Shown in pieces: positions 7,440 through 17,556 of a stretch of DNA of 29,131 bases. The notes below the pieces were generated by a model. That model did not search any database. It worked only from the letters and a program-made list of their open reading frames with translations, and had not been told where the DNA came from. The position numbers and the translations under genes were made by a program. This stretch comes from a virus. The stretch covers positions 1-29,131 of the IMG/VR virus record IMGVR_UViG_3300028029_000004. The stretch is one strand, 5' to 3'. Within the stretch, counting starts at the first letter, position 1, and each line of letters starts with the position of its first letter.

Positions 7440-8626
7440 ATATCGAGAACTTATCGAAAGAAATAAAGGCAAAGTTGATAGACAAACAGCAAGTTGCTTT
7501 TGTAGAGGCGTACAATGAGACTGAGAGTAAGGGTGAATCCGAACCGGCATGCTTACGTAGCGGTTGGACGGCAGCCATCTCTATTAATAGCCGGGTTGTT
7601 CCTCATGCTTTTCTGTTTCGTCCCGGGAATTGGGATGCTGCTCAGGGTGACGGCAGGATTACAGAGACAATGGTAGAAGATGCTGTGTTTGCTATTAACC
7701 GTTGTGCAGAGCTTGGCGTGCCTATTGCTACAAAATACATGCATTCAGAGGATTATGAGGCCATTCCTGTTGGTATTACCAATAACGCAACAATTGAGGA
7801 TGACCACGTAGCATACGGAGACGTTTATATCTTACAGGATGCCAGGGCTGATTTAGATGGAAATGGCAGTAAGATTCTAGCCACCATTAATCAGATGGCA
7901 GATGCTTTATTAACTGACGGCATGAAGCTTTCAGTAGAGGCTCTTTACGATGTAAAGGTTCCTTCATATTATGGTAACAAGACAATTTCGCTTGAGCCTT
8001 CTGCAATGGCGATTCTGCCTGCAGGTGTAGCACCTGCGGTAACTAAGAAAATGATCGCTGGAAGAAACAATAGAGGGAGGCCGGTTGCCTTTCTCGCAAA
8101 CAAAAAAACCCTTGAAGGGGGTGGACGAATGACACTCGAAGAACTCATTAAACTTGTCGAAGGATTAATCCCAAGGATTGACGCCCTCGAACAGGGAATT
8201 GCAAAGAAAGAGGCAGATGTAGAGGGAGATGTTGCGGCTGATGTAACAGAGCTTGAGAAAATCAATGCTGAGTTGAAGGCCAAGTTAGATAAGATAGAGA
8301 AAGATAAACTGGAGGCTGAAGTTAACAGCCTCGAAAAGGAAATTGTTGATAAAATTGATGCTGACCAGAAAGAAAAACTGGAAGCAGCCATGAAGGAGAC
8401 AACCAATCTTTCTGAGAAGAAAGTAGTGCTGTCCAGGCTGAATGCCATAATTAAAGAGCCAGCCGACTCTGAGCGAAAGCTTAAAGCTGGTAGACAGACT
8501 AGTATCGACAAGGTGAGAACGATTGACAACGCTATTGTAAAGCGCATGGAAGAAACTGGTGAGTCTCGACTTGCCGCATCTCGCGCAATACGTAGGGAAA
8601 TGTCAGAATCGGAACTTGATATATAA
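7436..8626 (+). CDS. Scaffolding protein, possibly fused to a prohead protease domain
   Basis: ATG 7436 overlaps the portal stop (ATGA) and has a GGAGAG SD. The C-terminal ~170 aa are a Glu/Lys-rich coiled coil (ELEKINAELKAKLDKIEKDKLEAEVNSLEKEIVDKIDADQKEKLEAAMKE). Position is between portal and capsid genes. Confidence 0.5.
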   Translation: MNIENLSKEIKAKLIDKQQVAFVEAYNETESKGESEPACLRSGWTAAISINSRVVPHAFLFRPGNWDAAQGDGRITETMVEDAVFAINRCAELGVPIATKYMHSEDYEAIPVGITNNATIEDDHVAYGDVYILQDARADLDGNGSKILATINQMADALLTDGMKLSVEALYDVKVPSYYGNKTISLEPSAMAILPAGVAPAVTKKMIAGRNNRGRPVAFLANKKTLEGGGRMTLEELIKLVEGLIPRIDALEQGIAKKEADVEGDVAADVTELEKINAELKAKLDKIEKDKLEAEVNSLEKEIVDKIDADQKEKLEAAMKETTNLSEKKVVLSRLNAIIKEPADSERKLKAGRQTSIDKVRTIDNAIVKRMEETGESRLAASRAIRREMSESELDI

Positions 8627-8635
8627 ACAACTACA

Positions 8636-8664
8636 GGGGTTTCCCTGATTTCAGGGTGAATCCC
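8636..8664 (+). other. Imperfect stem-loop between the scaffold and decoration genes
   Basis: Inner stem CCCTG/CAGGG (8643-8647 / 8652-8656). Outer pairing GGGGTT / GAATCCC. No U-tract follows. Confidence 0.3.
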
Positions 8665-8684
8665 AACAATGAGGAGGTGAACTT

Positions 8685-9071
8685 ATGGGTCTAGCAACCA
8701 TGACCGGGCAAATAGGCGGGCTGAGAGCTGCTGCTGATCTGCGAACCAAGCAATTCTACCTCGTGAAGAGAGTGAGTCCTACCACAATTAATCTTTGTGG
8801 TGCTGGTGAAGTAGCGCTTGGCGTTCTTGTGAATAAGCCTAATGTCGGTGAAGCTGCTGATGTATTCGCGTTTGGATACGCTACAGTGATTAGTGACGGT
8901 AACGCTGCTGCAATCGCTGCTGGTGACCCCATAAAGTCGGATGCTAACGGGAAGGCAGTTAAATCTGCTGCCAATAGGGATCATACGGTCGGATATTCTG
9001 ACCAGGCAAGTACCACAGATGGCGCTCAGATGAAAGCGCTCATCGTTCCTGGCTCTTTGAGCCATGCATAG
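8685..9071 (+). CDS. Head decoration protein (DUF2190-like)
   Basis: GAGGAGG SD. 128-aa Gly/Ala/Val-rich sequence with ALGVLVNKP..GEAADVFAFGYATV..AAGDPIKSDANGKAV, the typical DUF2190 pattern. Located immediately upstream of the capsid gene. Confidence 0.6.
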   Translation: MGLATMTGQIGGLRAAADLRTKQFYLVKRVSPTTINLCGAGEVALGVLVNKPNVGEAADVFAFGYATVISDGNAAAIAAGDPIKSDANGKAVKSAANRDHTVGYSDQASTTDGAQMKALIVPGSLSHA

Positions 9072-9082
9072 GGAGGTGACTA

Positions 9083-9979
9083 ATGGATCTTTACACGCTG
9101 ACTGATGCCGAGCTGAATCTGTATGTCACTTCTATCGTAGAGGCTTATACCAATGAGTACTACGCAACTACAGATATGGCTCCTGATGTACCAGTAGGTA
9201 GCTCTAGCTTTGCTTATAGAAAGCTCCAGCGCTCTGGTGCTGTCCAAAGTTCTGTTGTAGGTGAATATGGTGAAGGTATTCCTTTCGGGCAAAGTTCCGA
9301 ATGGGAAAAGCTCAAAACTGAAGACCACTTCAGAATAGGGCTTATCCCTGATGCTGTACGTCTACTTGGCAGAGAAGCTGCTATAGACCTTGCTTCTGAA
9401 CTCGCTGATGGTATTGGCGAAGAGTTCAAAAGAGAGGCCAACGTAGACTTCGCTAATTGGATCACCAAAACTTCTAATTTTACCAATCATGGGATTCCAG
9501 GAACCAAATGGGATGCTCCTAACGGTGATCCTGCGAAGGATATCTCCGCTAAGATTCTTACTATCTCTACGATAGTTGGAAGGGCTCCTAATGGGCTGGG
9601 AATGACTCCTGATGTCTTCAGGGAAATAGCAACGAACCACGCTAGAAGCGTAGATGGTAACCAAGCTACTGCGAGCAAGCAGGCGGTATTGAATTATATC
9701 GCTGCAGACGCTCTCACAACCCTTGCTATTTGCGATGTCGATAATGGAAAAGGAGTGAATGCCTATGGTACCAAGAACCTATGGCTGTTCTACAACGCTC
9801 CTACAGCTTCCAGAGTGAGTCCTTCGTTTGCCAGTACGTTCCGGTTCAAGAAAGGTTCTTATACCAAAACTGCGGTAATAAATAGTCCTGCTGGTCAGGC
9901 TCTTTATGCCCACAGTAACTACTTGACTCATGTTCGTAACGAGAAGGCATGTTACTACTTCCACGGAGTACTGACTTAA
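9083..9979 (+). CDS. Major capsid protein (putative)
   Basis: GGGAGGTG SD. 298-aa ORF after the scaffold and decoration genes, the classical position. Confidence 0.6.
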   Translation: MDLYTLTDAELNLYVTSIVEAYTNEYYATTDMAPDVPVGSSSFAYRKLQRSGAVQSSVVGEYGEGIPFGQSSEWEKLKTEDHFRIGLIPDAVRLLGREAAIDLASELADGIGEEFKREANVDFANWITKTSNFTNHGIPGTKWDAPNGDPAKDISAKILTISTIVGRAPNGLGMTPDVFREIATNHARSVDGNQATASKQAVLNYIAADALTTLAICDVDNGKGVNAYGTKNLWLFYNAPTASRVSPSFASTFRFKKGSYTKTAVINSPAGQALYAHSNYLTHVRNEKACYYFHGVLT

Positions 9980-9989
9980 AGGAGAGATT

Positions 9990-10775
9990 ATGATTTTCGG
10001 GTCTTATCACATGATGGTAAAAAACTTCACAGTCTTCGATGATGTAAAAGTGAGCAAATATTTGCTCATCACCGAAATGACTTCTCAGGCTAACCTTATG
10101 TCGATGAGACTAAATAAACGTTTCAAATCTCTTCCAGAGCAGTCTGTTGGATATGTAACAGCTACTGGAAATGTTTCGGAAGGCGACATTGTCAATATCG
10201 GTGATGTCGCCTACACCTTCACATCTACTCCGAATGTGCAAAATAGTGTTAAAATCGGGGCAAGCGCTACAGAATCTCTGTTGAATCTACATTCTGCCAT
10301 TAACGAATCCCCTTCCGGAGAATATAATAGCGGTACAGATATTAATATCACAGTAGAATCAATACGAGATTCACTTACCCTTACCCTAATGGCGAGAACA
10401 TGTGGACGTTCTGGAAATGACATCACTCTAACAACAACATCTTCTGATCTAGCCTTAGTTCCTTTTTCTGGGGGTAAAAATGAGGTAATTGCCTTATCTA
10501 CTCTGAATATATGGTTAACCGCTTTATCTCTATTAACTGGTGCCGCTATGAGTAATAGCAGCGGTATAAGCCAAGAGCCATTGATAAACCGTCTCAAGGA
10601 ACAAATAGATGCTGCGTGGGAGGTTCTTGATAAAGCCAAATCTTTGATTACTGTAGAAAATAATGTTCTTACGGCAGCCTCCATGACTCCTATTACTGAT
10701 GATATCACAAGGGCTATCGACATGTGTGATCCTGTTGGTTGGGCTATAGATCCTAGACATGCGGTGAAACGATAA
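9990..10775 (+). CDS. Hypothetical virion protein (261 aa)
   Basis: AAGGAGAG SD. Contains GDIVNIGDVAYTFTS...VKIGASATESLLNLHSAINES...GRSGNDITLTT, a motif I recall from uncharacterised phage structural proteins. Confidence 0.5.
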   Translation: MIFGSYHMMVKNFTVFDDVKVSKYLLITEMTSQANLMSMRLNKRFKSLPEQSVGYVTATGNVSEGDIVNIGDVAYTFTSTPNVQNSVKIGASATESLLNLHSAINESPSGEYNSGTDINITVESIRDSLTLTLMARTCGRSGNDITLTTTSSDLALVPFSGGKNEVIALSTLNIWLTALSLLTGAAMSNSSGISQEPLINRLKEQIDAAWEVLDKAKSLITVENNVLTAASMTPITDDITRAIDMCDPVGWAIDPRHAVKR

Positions 10776-11203
10776 TGACTAATGCAATGACATTAGAGTT
10801 CGATGCTGCCGATAAGCAACTATTGGAACACTGGGGACGACAGAAGACCGATAGAATCCACGAGGCGGAAAAGAAATGGGTAAATAATGTAGCAACATTC
10901 ATGAAAGACGAGACCAACAGTGCTTTCGCTATGCAGAAACAACCAGGAGGTAGCGCATGGCATGATAATTCTCCTTCGTGGAATAATTACAAGGCTTCAC
11001 ATGGGGGTTCATCTCTGATTAACGTATTTACGGGACGATTGCGTGATTCTATTTCTACGTCCAAGACCAAGAACTCCTCGGAGGTGTATACTACTGTACC
11101 ATATGCCGAGTCTATTGCTGACAGAAATCCCTTTATTCCTACCAAGAACCATGTTTCTACTTGGGGGAAGAAAATGGCCGAAGAACTGTTGAGGCACATA
11201 TAA
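10775..11203 (+). CDS. Virion morphogenesis / head-tail joining protein (putative)
   Basis: TAATG junction with the upstream gene. Motif FTGRLRDSIS....VYTTVPYAESIADRNPF resembles head-closure / tail-completion families. Call is largely positional. Confidence 0.4.
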   Translation: MTNAMTLEFDAADKQLLEHWGRQKTDRIHEAEKKWVNNVATFMKDETNSAFAMQKQPGGSAWHDNSPSWNNYKASHGGSSLINVFTGRLRDSISTSKTKNSSEVYTTVPYAESIADRNPFIPTKNHVSTWGKKMAEELLRHI

Positions 11204-11667
11204 TGGCTAGAATAGAATATCTGGAAGTACGAGAAGCGATGCTTACTTATGCTAAGGAACAGGTGCAGAAAGACTGTAAGACCGATGTTTATACTATTAC
11301 TAGTAATTATACCCAATCTGTTGGAATACTCGGTTCTATACCCGTATCTGTGCTGCTGAAGTTTATTAAATTTAACGCACAGCCAGACATGTCGGAAACT
11401 AGCTACGGTTATACACGCGAGGCCATATTCGAATTGTTATTCGCTCCAAAAGCATTGGACGACGACGAAGCAGACACTCTCCTGGGACAAGCTCTATCAG
11501 ACTTTGAGTGGTATATGAGTGATAGGGAACCTGGAAACGCATTCAACACAGTATTCGATGGCTATAGTATCGAAAAAATAGAGGTTAATCAAGGTGAAAT
11601 CGGCAGAAATAAAGAAGCTGGTTTAATCGGTTGGATGAACCTATCAGCTTTTATTATGGAGGATTAG
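11203..11667 (+). CDS. Hypothetical head-tail module protein (154 aa)
   Basis: TAATG junction at 11201-11205. The ORF-track TTG start at 11161 would overlap the upstream gene by 43 nt. Confidence 0.5.
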   Translation: MARIEYLEVREAMLTYAKEQVQKDCKTDVYTITSNYTQSVGILGSIPVSVLLKFIKFNAQPDMSETSYGYTREAIFELLFAPKALDDDEADTLLGQALSDFEWYMSDREPGNAFNTVFDGYSIEKIEVNQGEIGRNKEAGLIGWMNLSAFIMED

Positions 11668-11668
11668 A

Positions 11669-11893
11669 ATGGCAAAGAAAAAGATGACGGAATCCTTGGT
11701 GTACACAGGTGTTGTCTCTGCAGATTATATGAAACTGGACGGGACTTTAGCTAAAGTGCTACCAGGGCAGGTTGTACAGACACCAGATATCTTCGTAAAG
11801 CAACGCCTTGCTGAGGGTATATGGGAGCGCAAAACAAAGCCGGAGAAAGATATCCCGGCACAGAAGGAAGAAAAAGAGAGGGGTGCTGAATAA
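11669..11893 (+). CDS. Hypothetical protein (74 aa)
   Basis: ATG 2 nt after the upstream stop, with GGAGGA upstream. Lys/Glu-rich C-terminus. Confidence 0.5.
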   Translation: MAKKKMTESLVYTGVVSADYMKLDGTLAKVLPGQVVQTPDIFVKQRLAEGIWERKTKPEKDIPAQKEEKERGAE

Positions 11894-12897
11894 TGGCTGC
11901 TACTGATTATTACATTGGTAAAGATGTTCGTATTGGAGTTGCTATAAATGCAGAGGTCTCGGGGATTTCTTTTAATGGGACTCCAGGCTCTTATGACTGC
12001 ATGAAACTACAAAAGGGTAATAGCTGTAAGATTGATCATATCAATGCTAAAACTCCAGTTGAGGAAACAGGTATAGTTTCTGAGGATCATGAAACTGGAG
12101 GTTTGCTCCACAAGATTAGCTTGGATCTCGTAATGAGTTATTCTAAACGTGAGAAATTCTTCCAGCTTTATAATGGGGCTGTTGCTGCTACTGTAGGGGG
12201 ATCAGCTCCTTATACGCATACTCTTACCTTGGCCAAGAAAGTTCTTAATGGTAGTTTCTTCGTGGAATATGCCAAGCAGTCTGGACAGCCCAACCAGTTC
12301 ATTCGGGACACTTACGATAATTTCGTTATAACAGGTATTGAGATTAAGCAGGCTGTTGAGCAGTTTGCTCTGTTATCTGTTAAGGGTTTCTGTACAGGCA
12401 TGGTACATTCCACCGCACAATCTTCTCTAACGTCTACCAGTACTACTGAGAGGCTTAGCTGGAAACATTTCTCTCCTACCCTTAATGGAACCTCTACTTA
12501 TCGTCTGGGAGACATAGGGGTGTCTCTAGGGGCTTCTCTGGCTGAGGGAGAGTTCGATCATGCAGCAGGTACTCCTACGTCTCAGGACGGAAACTGGTAT
12601 AGTGGTAACCTGTCGGTAGGATATACCGCTGATGTGAGGATGAATGATAGTTCGTACGCCTTGAGTTCTCATCCAGCTATCCTATGGGATGGAACCAACG
12701 AATATAAGTGGGACAATGGGAAAGCTGCAGGAGACAATAGACAGTTTGTTCTGACCTTCGGTAATAGTTATATTGATACTCCAAATGAGGCCATGGGAGA
12801 ACCTGGACGTATAACACAGTCTTTGTCACTTACTGCTGAAGGGGGCTCTACACCAATTATTGGTATAGTGTTTATAAATGCTAGTGCCACTGTGTAA
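11893..12897 (+). CDS. Major tail protein (putative)
   Basis: TAATG junction. 334-aa ORF located two genes upstream of the tape measure gene. Confidence 0.5.
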   Translation: MAATDYYIGKDVRIGVAINAEVSGISFNGTPGSYDCMKLQKGNSCKIDHINAKTPVEETGIVSEDHETGGLLHKISLDLVMSYSKREKFFQLYNGAVAATVGGSAPYTHTLTLAKKVLNGSFFVEYAKQSGQPNQFIRDTYDNFVITGIEIKQAVEQFALLSVKGFCTGMVHSTAQSSLTSTSTTERLSWKHFSPTLNGTSTYRLGDIGVSLGASLAEGEFDHAAGTPTSQDGNWYSGNLSVGYTADVRMNDSSYALSSHPAILWDGTNEYKWDNGKAAGDNRQFVLTFGNSYIDTPNEAMGEPGRITQSLSLTAEGGSTPIIGIVFINASATV

Positions 12898-12918
12898 TTA
12901 CTAGAAAGAGAGAGAGCT

Positions 12919-13587
12919 TTGAAGAAGTTCGCAGCTATAATTGATGGTTTGATGGATCGGTTCATCGATAAGATGATGGACAGATTCATGCATGAGCTAC
13001 TCGAACAAGGTAAACCGGCGCAGGTTAAAAACACTCTTGACGTATATATCCCGACCTTTGACGTTACGTTAAAGCTGCATCGTGTTGATGGAGAACGCCT
13101 TCTCAACGCAGGGGTTCATCCTATGCTGCACGGAGCTCCTAATAACGAGATGGATGACGAAGAACGTGAAGCTGAAGCCAATCTGTACATGCGAAACGCT
13201 CGTCAACTCATCTGTGAGTGTTCTATTTCTCCTAAAATCTATCCTCATTACCATAAGGTCAAGGGAGATGAACTGTCTATCAGTAAATTCTCTGATTCTA
13301 TGGTCCTGGAAATCTTAGGGTTAATATGTCCGTTCGATAACAGTGGTTTTTTACGAGCTAACAGGTCTTCTGTAGACTTAATGGACGCCGATTGTTTAGA
13401 TGAACACTACGTCAGGGCAGATAACCAGGATAAGATTGCGAATGACTTCCAGTTCATGGCTCAAAAGACCGGAATACCACTAGACAGGCTTATGAAGAAG
13501 TCTAATGAAGAATTGGCTCGTATCGGTGAGATGATTAATGCGGTTGTAGACAACGAAAACAGCAATGCCGCTAAAGGTAAGGGGTAA
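12919..13587 (+). CDS. Tail assembly chaperone (putative)
   Basis: TTG start after a purine-rich AGAGAGAGAG tract. Position is between the major tail and tape measure genes. Contains an in-phase T_TTT_TTA heptamer at 13347-13353. Confidence 0.45.
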   Translation: MKKFAAIIDGLMDRFIDKMMDRFMHELLEQGKPAQVKNTLDVYIPTFDVTLKLHRVDGERLLNAGVHPMLHGAPNNEMDDEEREAEANLYMRNARQLICECSISPKIYPHYHKVKGDELSISKFSDSMVLEILGLICPFDNSGFLRANRSSVDLMDADCLDEHYVRADNQDKIANDFQFMAQKTGIPLDRLMKKSNEELARIGEMINAVVDNENSNAAKGKG

Positions 13588-13589
13588 AA

Positions 13590-15839
13590 GTGAGTGATAC
13601 TGTAACCCTAGTAGCGGAATTCAAGGATAATATATCCGGTCCTGCGAAGAACGCTGGTGATAACGTCAGTAACTTCGGGAAAACAGCAGGTATTGCAGGT
13701 GCTGCCGTCGTAGGATTAGGAGTTGCTGTTTTATCTGCTGCCAAGAAGATGGGTGAGTTGGGTGCGAAGGTAAGAGATACTGCTGCCGAGCTTCATATGT
13801 CTACTGATGCTGTGCAAGCTTATAATTATGCCTTCATTCAAACCGGAGGCTCGATTGATACCTTTCAGTCATCTATGCGTGGTGTTGTTACTTTCATGCG
13901 TTCTGCAGCCGCTGGGGGGGCACAACAGATACAGGTCTTAGATGAACTCAATCTAACATACCAACAGCTTCATGATATGTCTCCGGAAGAGCAGTACGAA
14001 ATCTTAACTGATCGTATCGGAGCAATGACTGATGTAACCACGCAGGCTACGACAGCAGCTACTATCTTTGGATCAAGATACGCGCAACAGGTTATTGGTA
14101 CTCTGGAGCAGGCTGGAGGGTCACTGAGGCAATTAACTCAAGACTTCAAAGATTCTGATATGATGATTCCTGCGGAGGATATTGAGAGCCTTGCTGAATT
14201 TTCAGATAAGTGGACTGAGATTGAAACCAAGATTCAAACCCTAATGGCGGAGGCTATTGTTCCTATATTGCCGGCGATTGAAAATGTGGGTGATGAATTC
14301 GCTGATTTTGCAGCCGAAACTCTTCCTAAAGTCGTTGAAGCAGTGCAAAATGCAGTACCTGTGTTTACGGCTTTAACTGATGTAGCTTTGAAAGTAGCCG
14401 AGGGCTGGGGTAAATTGTTCGGGGGAGACTCTAAAACACAGGTGCAATATGCAAGAGAAGCTATGACTCAAGTTAAAGAAGACCTAGAGAACGGCGTTGC
14501 TAATGGCTTCATAACGGCGTCAGAAGCATCAGAAACGTTTAACGCTCATCTTGAAGGTATGATAAAAGGTTTTTCTCATAGTGCTTACGAACAAGCGGTA
14601 TTGCGTGCTGGAACCGATGATATAACCTTGAGTTTCAATTACGCATCTATTGCTCTACAGAATCTTTTGAAGATTATGGGCTTAGACGATATAGTGTCTG
14701 GGCTGACTAATCAGTTTAGGGACTTGGGTGCTCAGGTAGCCGGAATCGTTGGGATGATTAGCGGGATAGCAGAAACCCCACCAATATCGGTAGTTCCTGG
14801 GGATATCGTACCAGATATTACCGATAAAAAAGATAAGTGGATATCTGATATCCAAGAAGTTGCTGAAGCTGAGGCTGAACGCGCTGCAGCTCATAAGGCA
14901 TTAGCTGTAGAAGCTTATAATAATGCAGCAGAAGCCCACAACGAACTCTTGAGTATGATTGCCGAAGAGAATCTTTCTGTACAAGATAAATATACAGCCG
15001 AATTAGCCCGTATACAGGAGCTTGAGGATGCATCTGGAGATCATGATGCTGCTGATAGAGCAAGGATGGATGCTAAGGATGCTTATGAGTCCGAATTACA
15101 TGACATAAAAGTAGCCAGAGAGGAAGAATTAAGAGACATTAGTCTGGAAGTATTGAACCAGACTGCAGCCCTTGTTGATCAAATAGGTGATATGAAGCTT
15201 AGAAATCTACATCAGGAAACTAAAGAGAAGAAAAAGGCGAGTAAAGATGCTTTAGCAAAAGAGATAGCAGCAATAAAGGCTACAACTATGAACGAGAAGG
15301 ATAAGCAGGCTGCGATAACTAAGGCTAAAGAGGAGGCTGCAAAGCGACAAACAGCTATACAGGAGGTAGCGGCTCAAAAAGAAAAGGATATCAAGAGGGC
15401 TCAACAACCCATGAAATTGGCTGTGGCTATTTCCAACATTGCTTTAGGAGTTTCGGAAGCTTTAGCATCCGGTCCTCCTCCTATGAACCTTGCTCTGGCA
15501 GCTATTACTGCCGCAGCAGGAGCAACAGAGATTGCGACCATAGCCTCCCAGAAGTTTGCTACTGGTGGATACGTCCAAGGATCGGGGACTGGAGACTCAG
15601 TTCATGCCAGGCTTACTCCTGGAGAGTACGTCATGACGGTGCTGGAAACTAAAAGGATCGAAGAATCGCAGCGATATTCCGTTCCTCAACCCCAGACAAT
15701 GTCTGCCTCAAAACTGGGAGAATCTCCGGATATCTATATCTCTATACCCTACCAGCCTACGTTTTCTTCTGCGACCCCTGGAGAAATGGTTAAGTTTACA
15801 GAAGCTGTGGTCAAAGCACTAAAAATGGCAGGATTATAA
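13590..15839 (+). CDS. Tail tape measure protein
   Basis: GTG start after the AAGGGG SD. 749 aa, Ala-rich and predicted helical, with long coiled-coil stretches, a hydrophobic Gly/Ala segment (LAVAISNIALGVSEALASGPPPMNLALAAITAAAGA), and the canonical position. Confidence 0.8.
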   Translation: MSDTVTLVAEFKDNISGPAKNAGDNVSNFGKTAGIAGAAVVGLGVAVLSAAKKMGELGAKVRDTAAELHMSTDAVQAYNYAFIQTGGSIDTFQSSMRGVVTFMRSAAAGGAQQIQVLDELNLTYQQLHDMSPEEQYEILTDRIGAMTDVTTQATTAATIFGSRYAQQVIGTLEQAGGSLRQLTQDFKDSDMMIPAEDIESLAEFSDKWTEIETKIQTLMAEAIVPILPAIENVGDEFADFAAETLPKVVEAVQNAVPVFTALTDVALKVAEGWGKLFGGDSKTQVQYAREAMTQVKEDLENGVANGFITASEASETFNAHLEGMIKGFSHSAYEQAVLRAGTDDITLSFNYASIALQNLLKIMGLDDIVSGLTNQFRDLGAQVAGIVGMISGIAETPPISVVPGDIVPDITDKKDKWISDIQEVAEAEAERAAAHKALAVEAYNNAAEAHNELLSMIAEENLSVQDKYTAELARIQELEDASGDHDAADRARMDAKDAYESELHDIKVAREEELRDISLEVLNQTAALVDQIGDMKLRNLHQETKEKKKASKDALAKEIAAIKATTMNEKDKQAAITKAKEEAAKRQTAIQEVAAQKEKDIKRAQQPMKLAVAISNIALGVSEALASGPPPMNLALAAITAAAGATEIATIASQKFATGGYVQGSGTGDSVHARLTPGEYVMTVLETKRIEESQRYSVPQPQTMSASKLGESPDIYISIPYQPTFSSATPGEMVKFTEAVVKALKMAGL

Positions 15840-15840
15840 T

Positions 15841-17556
15841 ATGGACAAATATTCTCAAGATTCGGAATTACAGTGTAACGTTACCACTTCGCCAAGTGAT
15901 AGGCCAGTGTTGTCACGCAGGTTGTCTCGTAGGCCAAAAATCAAAGAGAAACCCAAGAACAAAGCCGTTGTGTTTCAGTCTTCTAACAACGAGAAAACTT
16001 TTTATCACATGGGAGAAAGGCTAGTAGACCTGTCGTTATCGGGAAAGTATTTTCACGAAGATGACAAGAAGTTTCTCGATGAATTGGAAGAACGCAACTC
16101 TGAAGCATATGTCTATTCATCGGTGCCAGGCTCGTTATTCCAACACTGCCCTTTAACAAGAGGCGTAAAGGGGGATCCTTCTGATGGTACGTACGTAGGT
16201 ACTGTTTCAACGGGCACTGTTGTTTATCTGCCTCACGTTGATACTAGTTCCCAGGTTTATCTTGAAGAGACGGATTTTGAGAACAATCCTGTGCTGGCTG
16301 ATGGGATCATCTACAAATCAAGTCTTAACGATCATATTAGCAAAGACCTCCCCTTAGGACGAGGAGTTGCTATATTGTCCAAATCTACAAACTATATTAA
16401 AAATTCTTTGTTTGCTCATGATTCTTCTAGTGTTTACAACTGGGCTTTGTCGTCTGGGACACCTATGCCAAGGATAAATGCAGACGGATGGATGGGTGTT
16501 CCGGCGTTAGAACTATGGGGGACAGAAGTTTGGTCATCTTCAGCGGTTGACATATCATCGCTATCGGACGGAGATAATTTCGCTGTATCTTTTGGCTGGA
16601 GAACAGACGGTACTATGGACATACGTTTAACATTTTTCAATGGGGGGAGTTCTATTAGTAAAGCCATTACAAAGTTAAAAGGCTCAGGATATTGTAATTA
16701 TAAAGCTACTGTTCCTCCTGGTTATGGTGGTGCAGGAGCCGACGTAAAAATGCTAGTAAGCTTAACAACAGGCATTAGAGGAAGTTTTTGTGCACCTCAG
16801 ATAGTACTTGATATCAGTGGCTTAACCGGTAGAAAAGAATACCCTGTATTCATCGGGGCCTCTGGTAATAATAAAATAGGTTCAATAACCGCACAAACAT
16901 TAAAATATACAGGGAACTGGCAAGCTGGAGTCTATCGTATCGGAGGAACTGCTGATGCAATGATTATAGTGTCGGGATACATTCAGCCGATGCTTTCCGT
17001 GACTAGTAATATTAACGAAGCGAAGTACGTGTATACTCTGGTTGATTCATATTCTGGGAAATATTCCTCTGTGTACTTATACTATTCAGGAGCGCTTTTA
17101 ACGGCTTATCTTTATTCTGATGGAGTCTTGTATTCTGGGACTACTATTACTAGTTATAATCCAGGAGATACCATATTTATGGCTCTATATGTTGGGTGGA
17201 CATCTGGAACCTATACTCTAGGATTTAAGACGAGAGTTGTGGGCGGTGATACCACTTATAGTGCAGAAGATAATACTTCAGCAGACAAGTTTGTTATCTA
17301 TGATACTCTATATGTCGGTTCGGCTAAGGATGGAACTATGGGGGCAGATTCCATTTTCCAAGACGTTAACGTGTGGTCAGGAACAGAGGCAATGGTAGCC
17401 GCACAAGTAAAGTACATGGCCGATCCTGCTAATTTGATGGAGCATAGAGAGGTGTTGGGGCGTAAATATCGAATATCTGCTAATTTATCTCCCAATCCTT
17501 ACAATAGACGCAGGTACGATGGCACTATATCCTGCGAGAACACGAAGGTATTATAA
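15841..17556 (+). CDS. Distal tail protein (Dit-like, extended)
   Basis: Starts 2 nt after the tape measure stop. 571 aa. Positional call. Confidence 0.5.
   Translation: MDKYSQDSELQCNVTTSPSDRPVLSRRLSRRPKIKEKPKNKAVVFQSSNNEKTFYHMGERLVDLSLSGKYFHEDDKKFLDELEERNSEAYVYSSVPGSLFQHCPLTRGVKGDPSDGTYVGTVSTGTVVYLPHVDTSSQVYLEETDFENNPVLADGIIYKSSLNDHISKDLPLGRGVAILSKSTNYIKNSLFAHDSSSVYNWALSSGTPMPRINADGWMGVPALELWGTEVWSSSAVDISSLSDGDNFAVSFGWRTDGTMDIRLTFFNGGSSISKAITKLKGSGYCNYKATVPPGYGGAGADVKMLVSLTTGIRGSFCAPQIVLDISGLTGRKEYPVFIGASGNNKIGSITAQTLKYTGNWQAGVYRIGGTADAMIIVSGYIQPMLSVTSNINEAKYVYTLVDSYSGKYSSVYLYYSGALLTAYLYSDGVLYSGTTITSYNPGDTIFMALYVGWTSGTYTLGFKTRVVGGDTTYSAEDNTSADKFVIYDTLYVGSAKDGTMGADSIFQDVNVWSGTEAMVAAQVKYMADPANLMEHREVLGRKYRISANLSPNPYNRRRYDGTISCENTKVL

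Noticed and set aside
7969-8547. 192-aa minus-strand ORF inside the scaffold gene. Similar antisense ORFs occur at 5236-5769, 10211-10723 and 4333-4698.
   Set aside because: It is a Ser/Leu-rich mirror image of the Glu/Lys coiled-coil coding strand. It is fully overlapped by well-supported + strand genes.
13082-13318. +1-frame ORF inside the chaperone gene as a possible GT-type frameshift extension
   Set aside because: It ends well before the tape measure gene. There is no slippery site at its entry. It does not extend the protein.
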